DNA of 64,000 nucleotides from Desulfovibrionaceae bacterium (GCA_963674955.2 CAXXKR010000004.1:1017804-1081803), one strand, 5' to 3'; positions 1 to 9,810 are shown, counted from the first letter of the stretch. The notes: a model not told the origin generated them from the letters alone. Translations and numbers: made by a program.

Positions 1-79
1 CCTGAACGTTGAGCACCTTCAGCTTGATGTGGTCTCCCAGGTATAGGCTTTCTCCCGGTCTCCGGGTAAGGATCAACAT
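1..79 (-). CDS. csrA: Carbon storage regulator CsrA, N-terminal part (runs off window edge)
   Basis: Reverse-strand translation from the ATG at 79 reads MLILTRRPGESLYLGDHIKLKVLNVQ, the conserved CsrA N-terminus. It lies downstream of flgL, as in flagellar csrA-fliW loci. It is absent from the ORF track because it is truncated. Confidence 0.8.
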   Translation of the reverse strand, partial: MLILTRRPGESLYLGDHIKLKVLNVQ

Positions 80-207
80 GTCTTAAAGGCTTCCCGTGGG
101 TTTGATTGAAATACCGGACGGTACAATGAAAGAAATAATGAGAACCCGTCCGAACCGTATGATTTTCTAGCCCAAACACAGTTCAAAGTCCACAAGCCCG
201 GATCGGC

Positions 208-1887
208 CTAAATGTACTTCATCAGATTCATCTGCATGATCATGCTGGCCGACCGGAGAACCGATTCGTACACGATCTGCTGTTGGGTGAGCTGGGTCAT
301 GAGCTCGGTGATATCCACGTCTTCGACCTGGCTCAACTGTTCTATCTCGTTGATCTTGACGGAATCGATTATCGCCTCGGCGGTCTCGACCCGATTTTCA
401 CGGCCGCCTACGCTGCCCGCCGAGTTCATCACATGGGCGTGAACTTCCTTGAGATTGGCCAGGGCCTGCTGCACGCCGGTCTGGTTGTTGGTTTCCAGGA
501 AGGCCACAAGGTTTCCTATGGTCTCGAACAGATTCTTGGAACCGCCGCTGTTGGAGGTCAGGACAATGGTCGCATTGGGATTGCCGGCCTCAGAGAAAAC
601 AACGGAGGCGTTGCTGCTGGCCAGGTCAAGATTATCACCGCCGGCCGACAACACCAGGTCCGGATCCTGAAAGATTCCGCCGAAAATATCCATGCCCACA
701 TCATTGATGCGCACTGTTTCCGTGGACGTTATCCCAAGATTAATGGAGGCGGTCCTGGGGGTAAGGAGAAATTGGTTGCCCGGCTGCAGGGTGTTGCCGC
801 CGTTGGAGGTCAGGGTAAGGACCGCAGGCGGGATGCTGATGACCGCATTGGAGGCCGTCCCGTCGGCCGGAGTAGTGTTGCCCGACACCCAGGTCATTCC
901 GCCGTCTTCGCTGTAGGAATACTCGATCTGCTGATCAAGGCCCACGGCCGTGCTGTTGTCGATGCGCACCAGAAGATTTCTGTTCAGCGTTCCGCCGCCC
1001 ACCGTGGCGTTTATCGTGCTCAGGTTCGCTCCGAACTTCTGGACCGCAATGCTCTCCTCGTCGTCGCCCATGTACTGGGCCGAAGGCCGCAGCCAGAGCC
1101 ATGTGCCCTGAGACTCTCCCGGATCGTTCTCGGGAGTGACCTTGACCGCAGTGTTCACGTTGTCGAAAACCACGGCAGTGCCGCTTGAAGGCAAATCCAG
1201 CCTGACGTTGCTGCCGGCCACCGTGATGGCGCCGTCGGTCTCCCAGCTGTCTCCGCCGTCAACGCTGTAACGCACCGCGCAGTTTGGATTGGAAAGGGCT
1301 ATGCTCCCGCCTGTGGGAGTGGCTCCCGTGGTGTCGTAGAACTGGACCAGAACCGTGGTTCTGGAATCGCCCTCAATGGAAAAAGACGAACCGGTGGCGC
1401 TGCCGGTGTCCACCAGATTCTCGTCGTTGGTGGTCATCCAGAGGATTTCCTTGAAGGCGGGCTGGTCGGTCTTGTGCCCCGCATAGATGCTTTTTCCGGA
1501 AAATTCAGTGTTGCTGAGCCCCACAAGCTGGCTCATGATGTTCCGAAGCTCGTATCCGATCTGCTCCCTGTTGTCGTCGGTCAAGGTGCCTGTCGCCGCT
1601 TGCTGGGCCAGTTCCTTGGCCCTGGTCAGGAGCACGGAAACCTGCTGGATGGTGCCGTCGGACTGGGCAAGCCAGCCCTTGGCCGTGCTGATGTTCTCCT
1701 CGTACTGTTCCAAGGCGTTTATGGCGTCCCTGTGATCGAGGATATTCGCCATGCCTGACGGATCGTCCGAAGGCTTATTGACCTTCTTCTGGGTCTGGGC
1801 CTGAATGTTCAGCTCCATCAATTCAGACAACGACTTATTCATGTTGCTGATATAATTTGTAAAGAGCATCTGTTGAGAAACACGCAT
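208..1887 (-). CDS. flgL: Flagellar hook-associated protein 3 (FlgL), long form with central insert
   Basis: It has a flagellin-type N-terminal domain (SDDPSGMANIL, LLTRAKELAQQAATGT) and a flagellin-type C-terminal helix (ELMTQLTQQQIVYESVLRSASMIMQMNLMKYI). It sits directly downstream of flgK. Confidence 0.85.
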   Translation of the reverse strand: MRVSQQMLFTNYISNMNKSLSELMELNIQAQTQKKVNKPSDDPSGMANILDHRDAINALEQYEENISTAKGWLAQSDGTIQQVSVLLTRAKELAQQAATGTLTDDNREQIGYELRNIMSQLVGLSNTEFSGKSIYAGHKTDQPAFKEILWMTTNDENLVDTGSATGSSFSIEGDSRTTVLVQFYDTTGATPTGGSIALSNPNCAVRYSVDGGDSWETDGAITVAGSNVRLDLPSSGTAVVFDNVNTAVKVTPENDPGESQGTWLWLRPSAQYMGDDEESIAVQKFGANLSTINATVGGGTLNRNLLVRIDNSTAVGLDQQIEYSYSEDGGMTWVSGNTTPADGTASNAVISIPPAVLTLTSNGGNTLQPGNQFLLTPRTASINLGITSTETVRINDVGMDIFGGIFQDPDLVLSAGGDNLDLASSNASVVFSEAGNPNATIVLTSNSGGSKNLFETIGNLVAFLETNNQTGVQQALANLKEVHAHVMNSAGSVGGRENRVETAEAIIDSVKINEIEQLSQVEDVDITELMTQLTQQQIVYESVLRSASMIMQMNLMKYI

Positions 1888-1902
1888 GGCTTATCCCTCT
1901 CC

Positions 1903-4053
1903 CTACTGTTTCAGAGCCAGCACGGTTTGCAGCATCTCGTCGGCCGTGGTTATGAGCTTGGCAGCGGCCGTGTAGGCATGCTGGTACATGACGAGATTGG
2001 TCATTTCCTCGTCCAGGTTGACGCCCGCCATGGACTGCTGGCGATCGTTCAGATTGTCGGTCAGCGCTTTGGTGTAATCCTTGTTGTATGAAACGTTGGC
2101 CACGTCCCTGCCCACGTTGGTGACCAGTCCGTTATAGTATTCCAGCAGGGTGCTGGTCGTGGAGCCTTCCTGAAAGGTCACGAAGGCCATTTCCATGTCC
2201 TTCACATCGTAAAGCAGCTGGGCCGTGGTTATGTCGCCGCTGTTCATCTCTCCCGCGCCGTTGACGTGGCCGGTGGCCAGATGGTCGAGGTCGCTGCCGA
2301 GGTGATCGCAGACGGCTATGCTTCCGGCGTCGGTGCCCTTAAAAAAAGTGTTCAGTCCCAATGCGGCGTATATTCCGGTGGAATCGGTCCCAAAGGCGAA
2401 ATTATAGCCAGACTGGGCTTCGATCCTGAGCTGGTTGTTGACCAGGGTGGCGGTCAGGGCCCCGTTGAACGTCCTGTTGATGGCCGCAGCCGCATCACTC
2501 AAGGTATGAACATCGGGATTGAAATTCTGCTGCCCGGCGGCGGCGCTCCAGTCCAGGGCCGCGCCCGAAGCCAGATTGCCGGTGCTGGTATTGTAGACAT
2601 ACATCATGGAGCTGCCGGACTGCAGCCTTCTGTTGAAGTAAAGCCCGGTGGAGTCGCTGCCCAGGGCCATGTCGGTATGGTCCACGGAATAGGTCCCGTT
2701 CATGAAGGAATAAGTTTCCTGCCCGGTTCCCTGGCTGTGCAGCCGGTTCACGTTCCAGATCAGATTCTCGGTGAAGGTGTCCAGCTTGTCGCGATACTTA
2801 CCCACATAGTCGTCGTGAAAATTGAAATATGCGGCCAGTGTCCCGCCGCGCACCCGGCGCGTATTGTCTTCGCCGCTCTGGAATATCTGGGGGGTAATGT
2901 TTTCCTTGTGGGAAGTGTTCCGCACCCAGTAAAGGGCCTTTTTGGGCACGATGGTGAAACGGTCGCCCGCCGTGAAGTTCTGGGCGGGAGCGGCAGCCGG
3001 GTCGGCGCTGGTTCCGAACCAAATGTCCAGGTTCTCGACCTGGACCTTGCCGTCTTCAGGACGGGCATAAAAATATTTCACGTCTCCGTTCTCATCCGTG
3101 AGCCAGGTGTTGCCGCCGTCCAGGGAAACCCTGAACTGGGCCGCAGCGGAACCATTGCTGACCATGCCCAGTGCGGCGCCTTCATTGCCCAAATTGGCCG
3201 GATCAACGAACTCGAGAGTATATTCGTAAGTGTCGTTGCCCTCGTAATACAATTCCCCGTCAAAGGTCGAACTGTGGTACAAATCCTTGGTGGTCTCGCC
3301 TGCGGAGTACTCCAGAAGAAAATGATCTTGGCCGTCCACCAGCACCTGACCGGCCAGGGTGGTGATGGTCACCTCGCCCCTGCCGTTGTCGATGTAGTTG
3401 ATGTCGATGGTTTCGCCCAGGCTGCGCACCAACAGATCCCTCTTGTCGTAGAGAGAATTGGGAGTATTGCTCCCCTCGATATGGTGGATGTTGATCTGCC
3501 GGTTCAACTCGGCAATATCCTCCATCAACTGATTGGCCGTCTTCACGGTCTCGTCGATAAGCAGCTCCACCCTGTCCTGCATGACGGCAAGGCTGGTGTC
3601 CGCCTGATTAAGCAGGCCGCTCAAAGTGGTCGCCTGGTTGACCACCTGAAGACGGCTGGCGTATCCGGATGGGTCCTGGGTCAGGTCGTTCCATGAATTG
3701 AAATAGGCGGATATGGCGCCGCTGATGCCGTTTTCCTTGGATTCGTTGAACAGGGCCTCCACCGAGCCGAGGGTGCTGTCAAGGGCTTCCCAGCGGGAAG
3801 ACTTGGCGGCTTCGGAATAGTATTGCAGTTCCACGAATTCGTCGAAACTGCGCATGATCTGGGTGGCCCGCACCCCTGTGCCGATCTGTCCGGGATAATA
3901 GTCTATTCCCGGACCTTCCTCCAGAACCACCCGCCTTCGGGCATAGCCTTCCGTGTCCACATTGGCGATGTTCTCGCCCGTGACCTGGAGAGCGGCCTGG
4001 GACGCAAAAAGCGCCCAGCGGCCTACATTGAGTATGGAACTGGGACTGGACAT
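1903..4053 (-). CDS. flgK: Flagellar hook-associated protein 1 (FlgK)
   Basis: The N-terminus (GENIANVDTEGYARRRV) carries the rod/hook-family motif. The C-terminus (LDEEMTNLVMYQHAYTAAAKLITTADEMLQTVL) is the conserved rod/hook C-terminal domain. Position upstream of flgL fits. Confidence 0.9.
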   Translation of the reverse strand: MSSPSSILNVGRWALFASQAALQVTGENIANVDTEGYARRRVVLEEGPGIDYYPGQIGTGVRATQIMRSFDEFVELQYYSEAAKSSRWEALDSTLGSVEALFNESKENGISGAISAYFNSWNDLTQDPSGYASRLQVVNQATTLSGLLNQADTSLAVMQDRVELLIDETVKTANQLMEDIAELNRQINIHHIEGSNTPNSLYDKRDLLVRSLGETIDINYIDNGRGEVTITTLAGQVLVDGQDHFLLEYSAGETTKDLYHSSTFDGELYYEGNDTYEYTLEFVDPANLGNEGAALGMVSNGSAAAQFRVSLDGGNTWLTDENGDVKYFYARPEDGKVQVENLDIWFGTSADPAAAPAQNFTAGDRFTIVPKKALYWVRNTSHKENITPQIFQSGEDNTRRVRGGTLAAYFNFHDDYVGKYRDKLDTFTENLIWNVNRLHSQGTGQETYSFMNGTYSVDHTDMALGSDSTGLYFNRRLQSGSSMMYVYNTSTGNLASGAALDWSAAAGQQNFNPDVHTLSDAAAAINRTFNGALTATLVNNQLRIEAQSGYNFAFGTDSTGIYAALGLNTFFKGTDAGSIAVCDHLGSDLDHLATGHVNGAGEMNSGDITTAQLLYDVKDMEMAFVTFQEGSTTSTLLEYYNGLVTNVGRDVANVSYNKDYTKALTDNLNDRQQSMAGVNLDEEMTNLVMYQHAYTAAAKLITTADEMLQTVLALKQ

Positions 4054-4529
4054 CAGAGCCTACCACTAAGCAGCGAGGGCTGCGTCCCGCCTACATTGGC
4101 GAAACGCCCCTTGGCTGAATAGGTGTCCCTGTTCTTGGGCTGGATTTCCTTGTGCAGGAACTGCAGAAGTTGCTTGCTCTGGTCAAACAGGCCCATTGCC
4201 AGGTTCTGGTTCTTGGCCGCCTGGACAGCGCTTTGCTGCTCCATTTCGTCCAATTCGGCCAGAAGCGCGTCCACCTTGTCCCTGTCGTCGCACGCCATGT
4301 CCAGCTGGACAAGCCTTTCAGCCTCGGGGTCGTGTCTCTTGATCTCGGTCTTGAGAGACAAGCGTTCCACCGCCAGCTGGCGCATGAGTTCCTGAATGGA
4401 CAATTCCATGCGCGAGACTTCCTTGGGACGGCGATCCATGAGCAGGGAAAATTCTTCCTCAAGAAGGGTGCGCAAAAGGAGCATTCCCTTTTGCTGGCGG
4501 GTCAAACTTTCCTGTATCCTTTGCATCAT
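4053..4529 (-). CDS. flgN: FlgN-like flagellar export chaperone
   Basis: A 158-aa helical protein immediately upstream of flgK. Its stop overlaps the flgK start (TGATG), and its composition resembles the FlgN family. The assignment rests mainly on position. Confidence 0.5.
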   Translation of the reverse strand: MMQRIQESLTRQQKGMLLLRTLLEEEFSLLMDRRPKEVSRMELSIQELMRQLAVERLSLKTEIKRHDPEAERLVQLDMACDDRDKVDALLAELDEMEQQSAVQAAKNQNLAMGLFDQSKQLLQFLHKEIQPKNRDTYSAKGRFANVGGTQPSLLSGRL

Positions 4530-4629
4530 CCTGCCCCTTGATACTACATAATAACTTGTTTTTTAAGCCATTAATAAACAATTTTAGATTCGCACGGCCC
4601 TGACGAACAATTTGCTTCGCCGTTGATTT

Positions 4630-4645
4630 TGCAAGTACCCTGCCA
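4630..4645 (-). promoter_or_regulatory. Sigma-54 (-24/-12) promoter upstream of flgN-flgK-flgL-csrA
   Basis: The minus strand reads TGGCAGGGTACTTGCA, i.e. GG-N10-GC with TTGCA at -12. That is one mismatch to TGGCAC-N5-TTGCA. It lies in the 138-nt gap between the rod-binding gene and flgN. Confidence 0.65.
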
Positions 4646-4667
4646 CGATGAAAAAGGCTGTCTCGGC

Positions 4668-5291
4668 CTATTTGCCGCCGTCCTTCATGACCACGTTCAT
4701 GGTTCCGGCCTGCTCCCTCGCGTGGTCCAGCTCAATCTGCCGGGCCAGGGCGTTGACCCGGGACATTACGTCGTTGTTTCCCACTATGGGCCTGGAAACG
4801 GCCTTGTTTGTAGACGCATCCCCGTTCAAGGCCTTTTCAGGGGACTTGAATCCATCTTCCGCCTCTTGCAGGGAGCGGATTCCGTTCTTGCCGGACTCGG
4901 TCAGGGGTTTGATCTCGACGGTCCCCGGCATGCTTTCCGCGCCTGTGTTCTTGAGCTTGTCCTTGAGCTGGTCATAGAGCATGTCGCTGAGGCCGATGCC
5001 TCCGCCCTCGGCAATCTTTTCGGCAAAGGCCCGGTCGAACATGGACAGGTACATTTCCTCCTGCTTGCTGTGCAGATAGCCTTCCTTGGGTATGGTGGAC
5101 TGCATCTCCTGCCAAAGCTTGCTGATGAACACAGCCTCGAAATCCTGGCAGGCCTCTTTGAGCTTCTTTTCCTTGCCCGGGCCTGGGGTCAGGTTGTTCT
5201 TCAGGTTGTCCATCTGGACCTTGAAACGGACCAGCTCCTGATTGCTGGCCTGGGCCTTCATGGTCGCGGCATTGACGCCTGATTCGATCAT
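4668..5291 (-). CDS. flgJ: Rod-binding protein (single-domain FlgJ-like, no muramidase domain)
   Basis: The segment ACQDFEAVFISKLWQEMQSTIP...MFDRAFAEKIAEGGGIGLSDMLYDQL matches the FlgJ N-terminal rod-binding domain. No glucosaminidase-like region follows. It sits directly downstream of flgI. Confidence 0.7.
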   Translation of the reverse strand: MIESGVNAATMKAQASNQELVRFKVQMDNLKNNLTPGPGKEKKLKEACQDFEAVFISKLWQEMQSTIPKEGYLHSKQEEMYLSMFDRAFAEKIAEGGGIGLSDMLYDQLKDKLKNTGAESMPGTVEIKPLTESGKNGIRSLQEAEDGFKSPEKALNGDASTNKAVSRPIVGNNDVMSRVNALARQIELDHAREQAGTMNVVMKDGGK

Positions 5292-5292
5292 C

Positions 5293-6420
5293 TTAAATCA
5301 CCTCCACCACTGAATGCAGCGAACCGGCCGCCTTGAGCGCCCTGATTATCGAGATGAGATCCCTGGGGGCCGCGCCGATGGAGTTCAACCCGTCCACCAG
5401 TTCCTGCAAGGTCGCGCCCTCCATGAGCATCAGCCTGTTGTTCTGCTCCTCCACGGCTATGTCCGTGACCGGTGTGGTCACGGTCTGGCCCTGGGATGCG
5501 GGCAGGGGCTGGCTCACGTCCGCGCTCTCGGCGATGACGATCTGAAGGTTGCCGTGAGCCACGGCCACCTTGGACAGACGCACGTTGCCGCCGAGCACGA
5601 TGGTGCCGGTCTTTTCGTCCACCACGACCCTGGACCTGCCGTCGGGGGTGACTTCCAGATTTTCCAGGGAGGCCATGAGCGGGACCATGTCGCCCCTGAA
5701 CTTCTCGGGCACGTCCAGGGAAACGGTGGAAATGTCCAAAGCCCTTGCAAACTGCCCGCCGATGGCTCCGTTGATGCTTCGGACCACCTGCATGGTGGTT
5801 CCGAAATCACGCGTGCTGAGATTCAGGGTCAAAATATCCTGCTGGTTGAATTTGAAGGGAACGCCTCTCTCCACCGTTGCTCCCCCCGGAATGCGGCCAA
5901 CGGTGGGAATGTTCTTCTGAGCAGTGGCCGCCTCGCCCGCGGCGCTGAATCCGCCGATGGTCAAAGGCCCCTGCGCAACCGCGTAGACCTTGCCATCCAG
6001 CCCCTTAAGAGGGGTGACCAACAGGGTTCCGCCCAAAAGACTCTTGGCGTCGCCGAGGGAGGAAACCGTCACGTCCATGGGCGAACCGGGCTTGATGGAG
6101 ACCGGCATCTTGGCCGAAACCATGACTGCGGCGACGTTCTTGGGCTTGAGGGTGTTCACGTTCACCTCGACGCCCATCTTGTCCAGCATGTTGCTCATGG
6201 AGCGCATGGTGAACGGGGAGGAATTGCCGTCGCCCGTGCCCGAAAGTCCGACCACCAGGCCGTAGCCGATGAGTTCGTTGGTGCGCACGCCGCTGAAGGA
6301 TGCGATGTCCTTGAGCCTGACCGCGGATACGTTCCGGGCCGGAAAAAGGGTCAGCAGCAGCGCCATGACGAGAGCTGCGGCAACCAGTGCGCTTACATTA
6401 TAATACCTCTGAACGGCCAT
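5293..6420 (-). CDS. flgI: Flagellar P-ring protein FlgI
   Basis: Conserved FlgI sequence is present ([46 protein letters not shown]). The ORF extends to 6483, but the ATG at 6420 follows an AAGGAG site at 6-nt spacing and gives a signal peptide ([23 protein letters not shown]). Confidence 0.9.
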   Translation of the reverse strand: MAVQRYYNVSALVAAALVMALLLTLFPARNVSAVRLKDIASFSGVRTNELIGYGLVVGLSGTGDGNSSPFTMRSMSNMLDKMGVEVNVNTLKPKNVAAVMVSAKMPVSIKPGSPMDVTVSSLGDAKSLLGGTLLVTPLKGLDGKVYAVAQGPLTIGGFSAAGEAATAQKNIPTVGRIPGGATVERGVPFKFNQQDILTLNLSTRDFGTTMQVVRSINGAIGGQFARALDISTVSLDVPEKFRGDMVPLMASLENLEVTPDGRSRVVVDEKTGTIVLGGNVRLSKVAVAHGNLQIVIAESADVSQPLPASQGQTVTTPVTDIAVEEQNNRLMLMEGATLQELVDGLNSIGAAPRDLISIIRALKAAGSLHSVVEVI

Positions 6421-6470
6421 CTTCATCTCCTTGCGGGTCCGCTTTCTACGCGAAACCATTGGCTGATTCC

Positions 6471-7166
6471 TTAAAAGGGCCAAATATTGTCCAGAATCCT
6501 GGCCAGCCAGCCGGGACGCTGCTTGTCCGAAAGCACGCCTTCGCCGTAAACCTCTATGCGGGCCTCGGCCAGGTTCTTGGATGAAACGGTGTTGTCCGAG
6601 GCCACGTCGCTCTTGCGCACCAGCCCCCGGACCACCAAAATCTGGGTCTCGTTGTTGATCCTGATCTGACGGGCGCCCTCCACCTGCATGACCTTGCCGG
6701 GCAGCATGCGCACGATGCGGCAGGCCACAGTGGCGTTGAAGCTCGATTCCTGCTTGGTCTCACCGCTGCCCTTGAAGTCGCTGGTGGAACCCGCCTTGAC
6801 CTTGGGATCCTGCATGTGCTGGACTCCAAGAGGCGTGGCCAGAAGGCCTACTATCCCTTCTGTGGGAAAGGCCTCTATTCCCAGTTCGATGTTGCTTTCG
6901 CGGTCCGCGTCGGTGTCGGCCTTGTTGCTGGCCTTGGTGGCTTCGGAAACCGTAACCAGGACGATGTCGCCCACCCTGGTGGCGCGATTGTCGTCAAACA
7001 AAAATTCAGCCTGTGCCGGGCTGTACAGGGAACCCGGATTGTCCACCGGCTCCAGGTCCACCTGATCGGGCGGCGTCAATGCCGGCATGGTGGCCGGTTC
7101 CTGTCGTGCGGCGCATCCGTAGATCAAAAAAAGCACGGCAATGGCTGACAACATCAATCTATTCAT
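6471..7166 (-). CDS. flgH: Flagellar L-ring lipoprotein FlgH
   Basis: It has a lipoprotein signal (LFLIYGC) and FlgH core motifs ([41 protein letters not shown]). It lies between flgA and flgI. Confidence 0.9.
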   Translation of the reverse strand: MNRLMLSAIAVLFLIYGCAARQEPATMPALTPPDQVDLEPVDNPGSLYSPAQAEFLFDDNRATRVGDIVLVTVSEATKASNKADTDADRESNIELGIEAFPTEGIVGLLATPLGVQHMQDPKVKAGSTSDFKGSGETKQESSFNATVACRIVRMLPGKVMQVEGARQIRINNETQILVVRGLVRKSDVASDNTVSSKNLAEARIEVYGEGVLSDKQRPGWLARILDNIWPF

Positions 7167-7193
7167 GACCTTCTCCTAACGGGCCGTTGATAA

Positions 7194-8219
7194 TCACCTG
7201 ACGGCCACTGTGTGTTCGTCCACCACTGTGGCCTGAACGGTCTTGTTGCTTTGCAGGTTGCGTACGGAAACATCGTCGCCCACAGAACCGTCGCCAAGGG
7301 CCAGGGCCTTTACGGACAGCTTGATCCTGTCGCCCTGGTAGACCAAAACGACCTTGTCGCCCTTGGCCACCGCCGGCATGGGTTCAATAATGTCCAGAGA
7401 TATGATCTGCCCCGCGCCCACCGAGCGGATGGTCCTCCAGGGACCGCCCTTCCCGTCCCAGGCGTCTTGATAATATGCGGTGTTCTTGCGCTTGAAAGTT
7501 ATGTTTTCCGGCTTGATGGCCGCACCCCGGTGTATGGGATGCGCGGCGCAGGGAACAGACCGCCAGAGATTGATGAACACGCTGGCCGAAAGCCTTTGCC
7601 GAATCCGGTCGCCTGAACTCATGATGTTCAGCCTCAGAGGCAGCCGCCCGGCGTTGACATCCCTGGCCGAGGTTATCTCAAGCCTTTCGAACTCATTGGC
7701 CAGAAAAACACTGGGCGGCAGTCTGAAATCCCTCAATTCCGCCTGTCCGTCCAGGCCGGCCAATCGAATCCTGACGAATTCGCTGATCCGTTTCCTGAGT
7801 TCGTCGGCGGTGATGACCAGTCCGCCTTTTTGTATGGACAATTGGGAGGGCAAGGCGCACATGGCCGCCAATTCGGCTCCGAGATAGTATTTCAAGAGCC
7901 CTTGAAGCTTGGAACGGACCACAGTGACGGCGCGGCCATCCGGAGGCGAGGCCCAAAGCTCCTTCATTGACAGTTCTTGCCAAAGCCTTTCCGGGACTTC
8001 GCCATAGGCTTCGGCTATGTCGCCAAGCAGGACCTTTTCGCCCTTCACGCAGGCGGCGTCCATGATCTTGAGCCGCCACTGGCTGGCTCCGGCCTCTTCG
8101 GGCGCGGAAAAGGACATGACCGCGAGGCCCAAGACAAGCGCCACCAGCAATACCCTTCCCGTCCTGGCCAGCATGTCCGTCGTCCCGGTTCCGAGCATAA
8201 TCCCTCCTCTCCCTGTCAA
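7194..8219 (-). CDS. flgA: Flagellar P-ring assembly chaperone FlgA (long form)
   Basis: The C-terminal SAF-like region (GDKVVLVYQGDRIKLSVKALALGDGSVGDDVSVRNLQSNKTVQATVVD) is typical of FlgA. It has a signal/anchor at the N-terminus and sits between flgG and flgH. Confidence 0.75.
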   Translation of the reverse strand: MTGRGGIMLGTGTTDMLARTGRVLLVALVLGLAVMSFSAPEEAGASQWRLKIMDAACVKGEKVLLGDIAEAYGEVPERLWQELSMKELWASPPDGRAVTVVRSKLQGLLKYYLGAELAAMCALPSQLSIQKGGLVITADELRKRISEFVRIRLAGLDGQAELRDFRLPPSVFLANEFERLEITSARDVNAGRLPLRLNIMSSGDRIRQRLSASVFINLWRSVPCAAHPIHRGAAIKPENITFKRKNTAYYQDAWDGKGGPWRTIRSVGAGQIISLDIIEPMPAVAKGDKVVLVYQGDRIKLSVKALALGDGSVGDDVSVRNLQSNKTVQATVVDEHTVAVR

Positions 8220-8224
8220 GTCCG

Positions 8225-9007
8225 CTAACGCTTGACGTTGATGGCCGTCTGCAACATGGCGTCCGAAGTGGTGATGGCCTTGGAGTTGACCTCAAAGGCC
8301 CTCTGCCCGATGATCAGGCCGACCATTTCGTCCACCATCTCCACGTTGGAGCCTTCCAGAAATCCCTGGGCCAAAGTGCCGTACTGGTTGTCGCCGGGAG
8401 TTCCCTGGACCGCAGGACCGGATGCCTCGGTGGCCACGTAGAGATTGCGGCCCACGGCGTTGAGTCCGGCGGGATTGATGAAATCGTAGACCTGGATATC
8501 GGCGGAGGCCAGTTCCTGCCCTCCCTTGTCCAGAGCCGCTATGTGTCCATCCTCGGTGATGGTCACGTTCACGGTCTCCGCCGGAACAGTGAATTCCGGC
8601 TGAAGGGGATACCCGTTGGCGGTCACGACCTTGCCGTCATTGTCCAGCTTGAAGGAACCGTCGCGCGTGTAGACATCCTCGCCGTTCTGGTTGACCAGGA
8701 AAAAGCCGTTGCCCTCGATGGCCACGTCCAGAGGGTTGCCCGTATTCTGGAAATCGCCCTGGGCAAAGAACTTGTGCACCGTCACGGGCCTGACGCCCAT
8801 GCCGACCTGCATGCCCACAGGCAGCCTGTTGCCGCCCGCATTGACTGTACCGGCGATCTGCATGGTCTGGTACATGAGATCCTCGAACTCGGCCCTGCTT
8901 TTCTTGAAGGCTGTGGTATTGACGTTGGCCAGGTTGTTGGACAGCACATCTATGTGAGTCTGCTGGGCAACCATTCCCGTGGCCGCGGTCCACAATGAAC
9001 GCATCAT
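8225..9007 (-). CDS. flgG: Flagellar distal rod protein FlgG
   Basis: The sequence MMRSLWTAATGMVAQQTHIDVLSNNLANVNTTAFKKSR ... EGSNVEMVDEMVGLIIGQRAFEVNSKAITTSDAMLQTAINV is canonical for FlgG. Length is 260 aa. Confidence 0.9.
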   Translation of the reverse strand: MMRSLWTAATGMVAQQTHIDVLSNNLANVNTTAFKKSRAEFEDLMYQTMQIAGTVNAGGNRLPVGMQVGMGVRPVTVHKFFAQGDFQNTGNPLDVAIEGNGFFLVNQNGEDVYTRDGSFKLDNDGKVVTANGYPLQPEFTVPAETVNVTITEDGHIAALDKGGQELASADIQVYDFINPAGLNAVGRNLYVATEASGPAVQGTPGDNQYGTLAQGFLEGSNVEMVDEMVGLIIGQRAFEVNSKAITTSDAMLQTAINVKR

Positions 9008-9030
9008 TTCTTAAAACCCTCCGTTTCTCA

Positions 9031-9810
9031 TCAAGTTGTACGGCCAAGCCTCATGATCATCTGCTTGCTCATCTGATCCGTGGTGGTCATCATTTTCTGA
9101 TAGGCCTGAAAGGAGCGCTGGGTCTCGATCATGGAAACCATTTCCGTGACCACCTCCACGTTGCTCTTTTCCAGGTAGCCCTGTTCCACGGTCAAGCCTT
9201 CAGGCTCGGTCTCCTGAGCCGCGCTTCCGTCACGTATTTTCAAAAGATTGCTGCCGATCTTTTCCAATTCCTTGAGGTCGGTAACCCCGACAAGCTCCAA
9301 GGCTCCGACAACCTCGCCGTCAACCCGGAAGGTGCCGCTGGTGTCGACCTGGAGCTGCGCCCCTATGGGCAGGTTGATGGGTCCGCCCTGGCCGAGAACC
9401 TCGAAGCCCTGCTCGGTCAGCACGCGCCCGTCCGAGGAAAGCTGAAAACTGCCGCTGCGCGTCAAAAAATCGCCTTCCGGGGTTCGAACCTTGAAGAAGC
9501 CCTCACCGTTCAGGGCGAAATCCAATGAGTTCCCGGTGACTTGCATGCTGCCCTGGGTGAAGTCCATCTTCTCGTCGGACAGCCTGGGCTTGGCCACAAT
9601 ATCCGGCTTGGGCCAAAGCTCCTTATCGCGAAGAAAAGGCTTGGCATCCACCAGATAATCATGGGCATAGCGCAAGAAGGTGTCGTGAAACGCGACCTTG
9701 TCCTTTTTGTATCCCGTGGTGTTAACGTTCGCCAAATTATTGGCTATCAGGTTCATCCTGACTTCATTGGCCATTGCGCCGTACATGGCGCTGTATACGC
9801 TGTCTCGCAT
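9031..9810 (-). CDS. flgF: Flagellar proximal rod protein (FlgF-type)
   Basis: Rod-family N-terminal (NLIANNLANVNTTGYKKD) and C-terminal (EKSNVEVVTEMVSMIETQRSFQAYQKMMTTTDQM) domains are present. The start is set at ATG 9810, which follows GGAGGG. The longer ORF to 9882 would swallow the sigma-54 promoter. Confidence 0.8.
   Translation of the reverse strand: MRDSVYSAMYGAMANEVRMNLIANNLANVNTTGYKKDKVAFHDTFLRYAHDYLVDAKPFLRDKELWPKPDIVAKPRLSDEKMDFTQGSMQVTGNSLDFALNGEGFFKVRTPEGDFLTRSGSFQLSSDGRVLTEQGFEVLGQGGPINLPIGAQLQVDTSGTFRVDGEVVGALELVGVTDLKELEKIGSNLLKIRDGSAAQETEPEGLTVEQGYLEKSNVEVVTEMVSMIETQRSFQAYQKMMTTTDQMSKQMIMRLGRTT

Noticed and set aside
4668-4940. The C-terminal ~90 residues of the rod-binding protein as a fused FlgM anti-sigma factor.
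   Set aside because: There is no resemblance to the conserved FlgM C-terminal helix pattern that I can see. The idea rested only on the missing flgM, so it is not supported.
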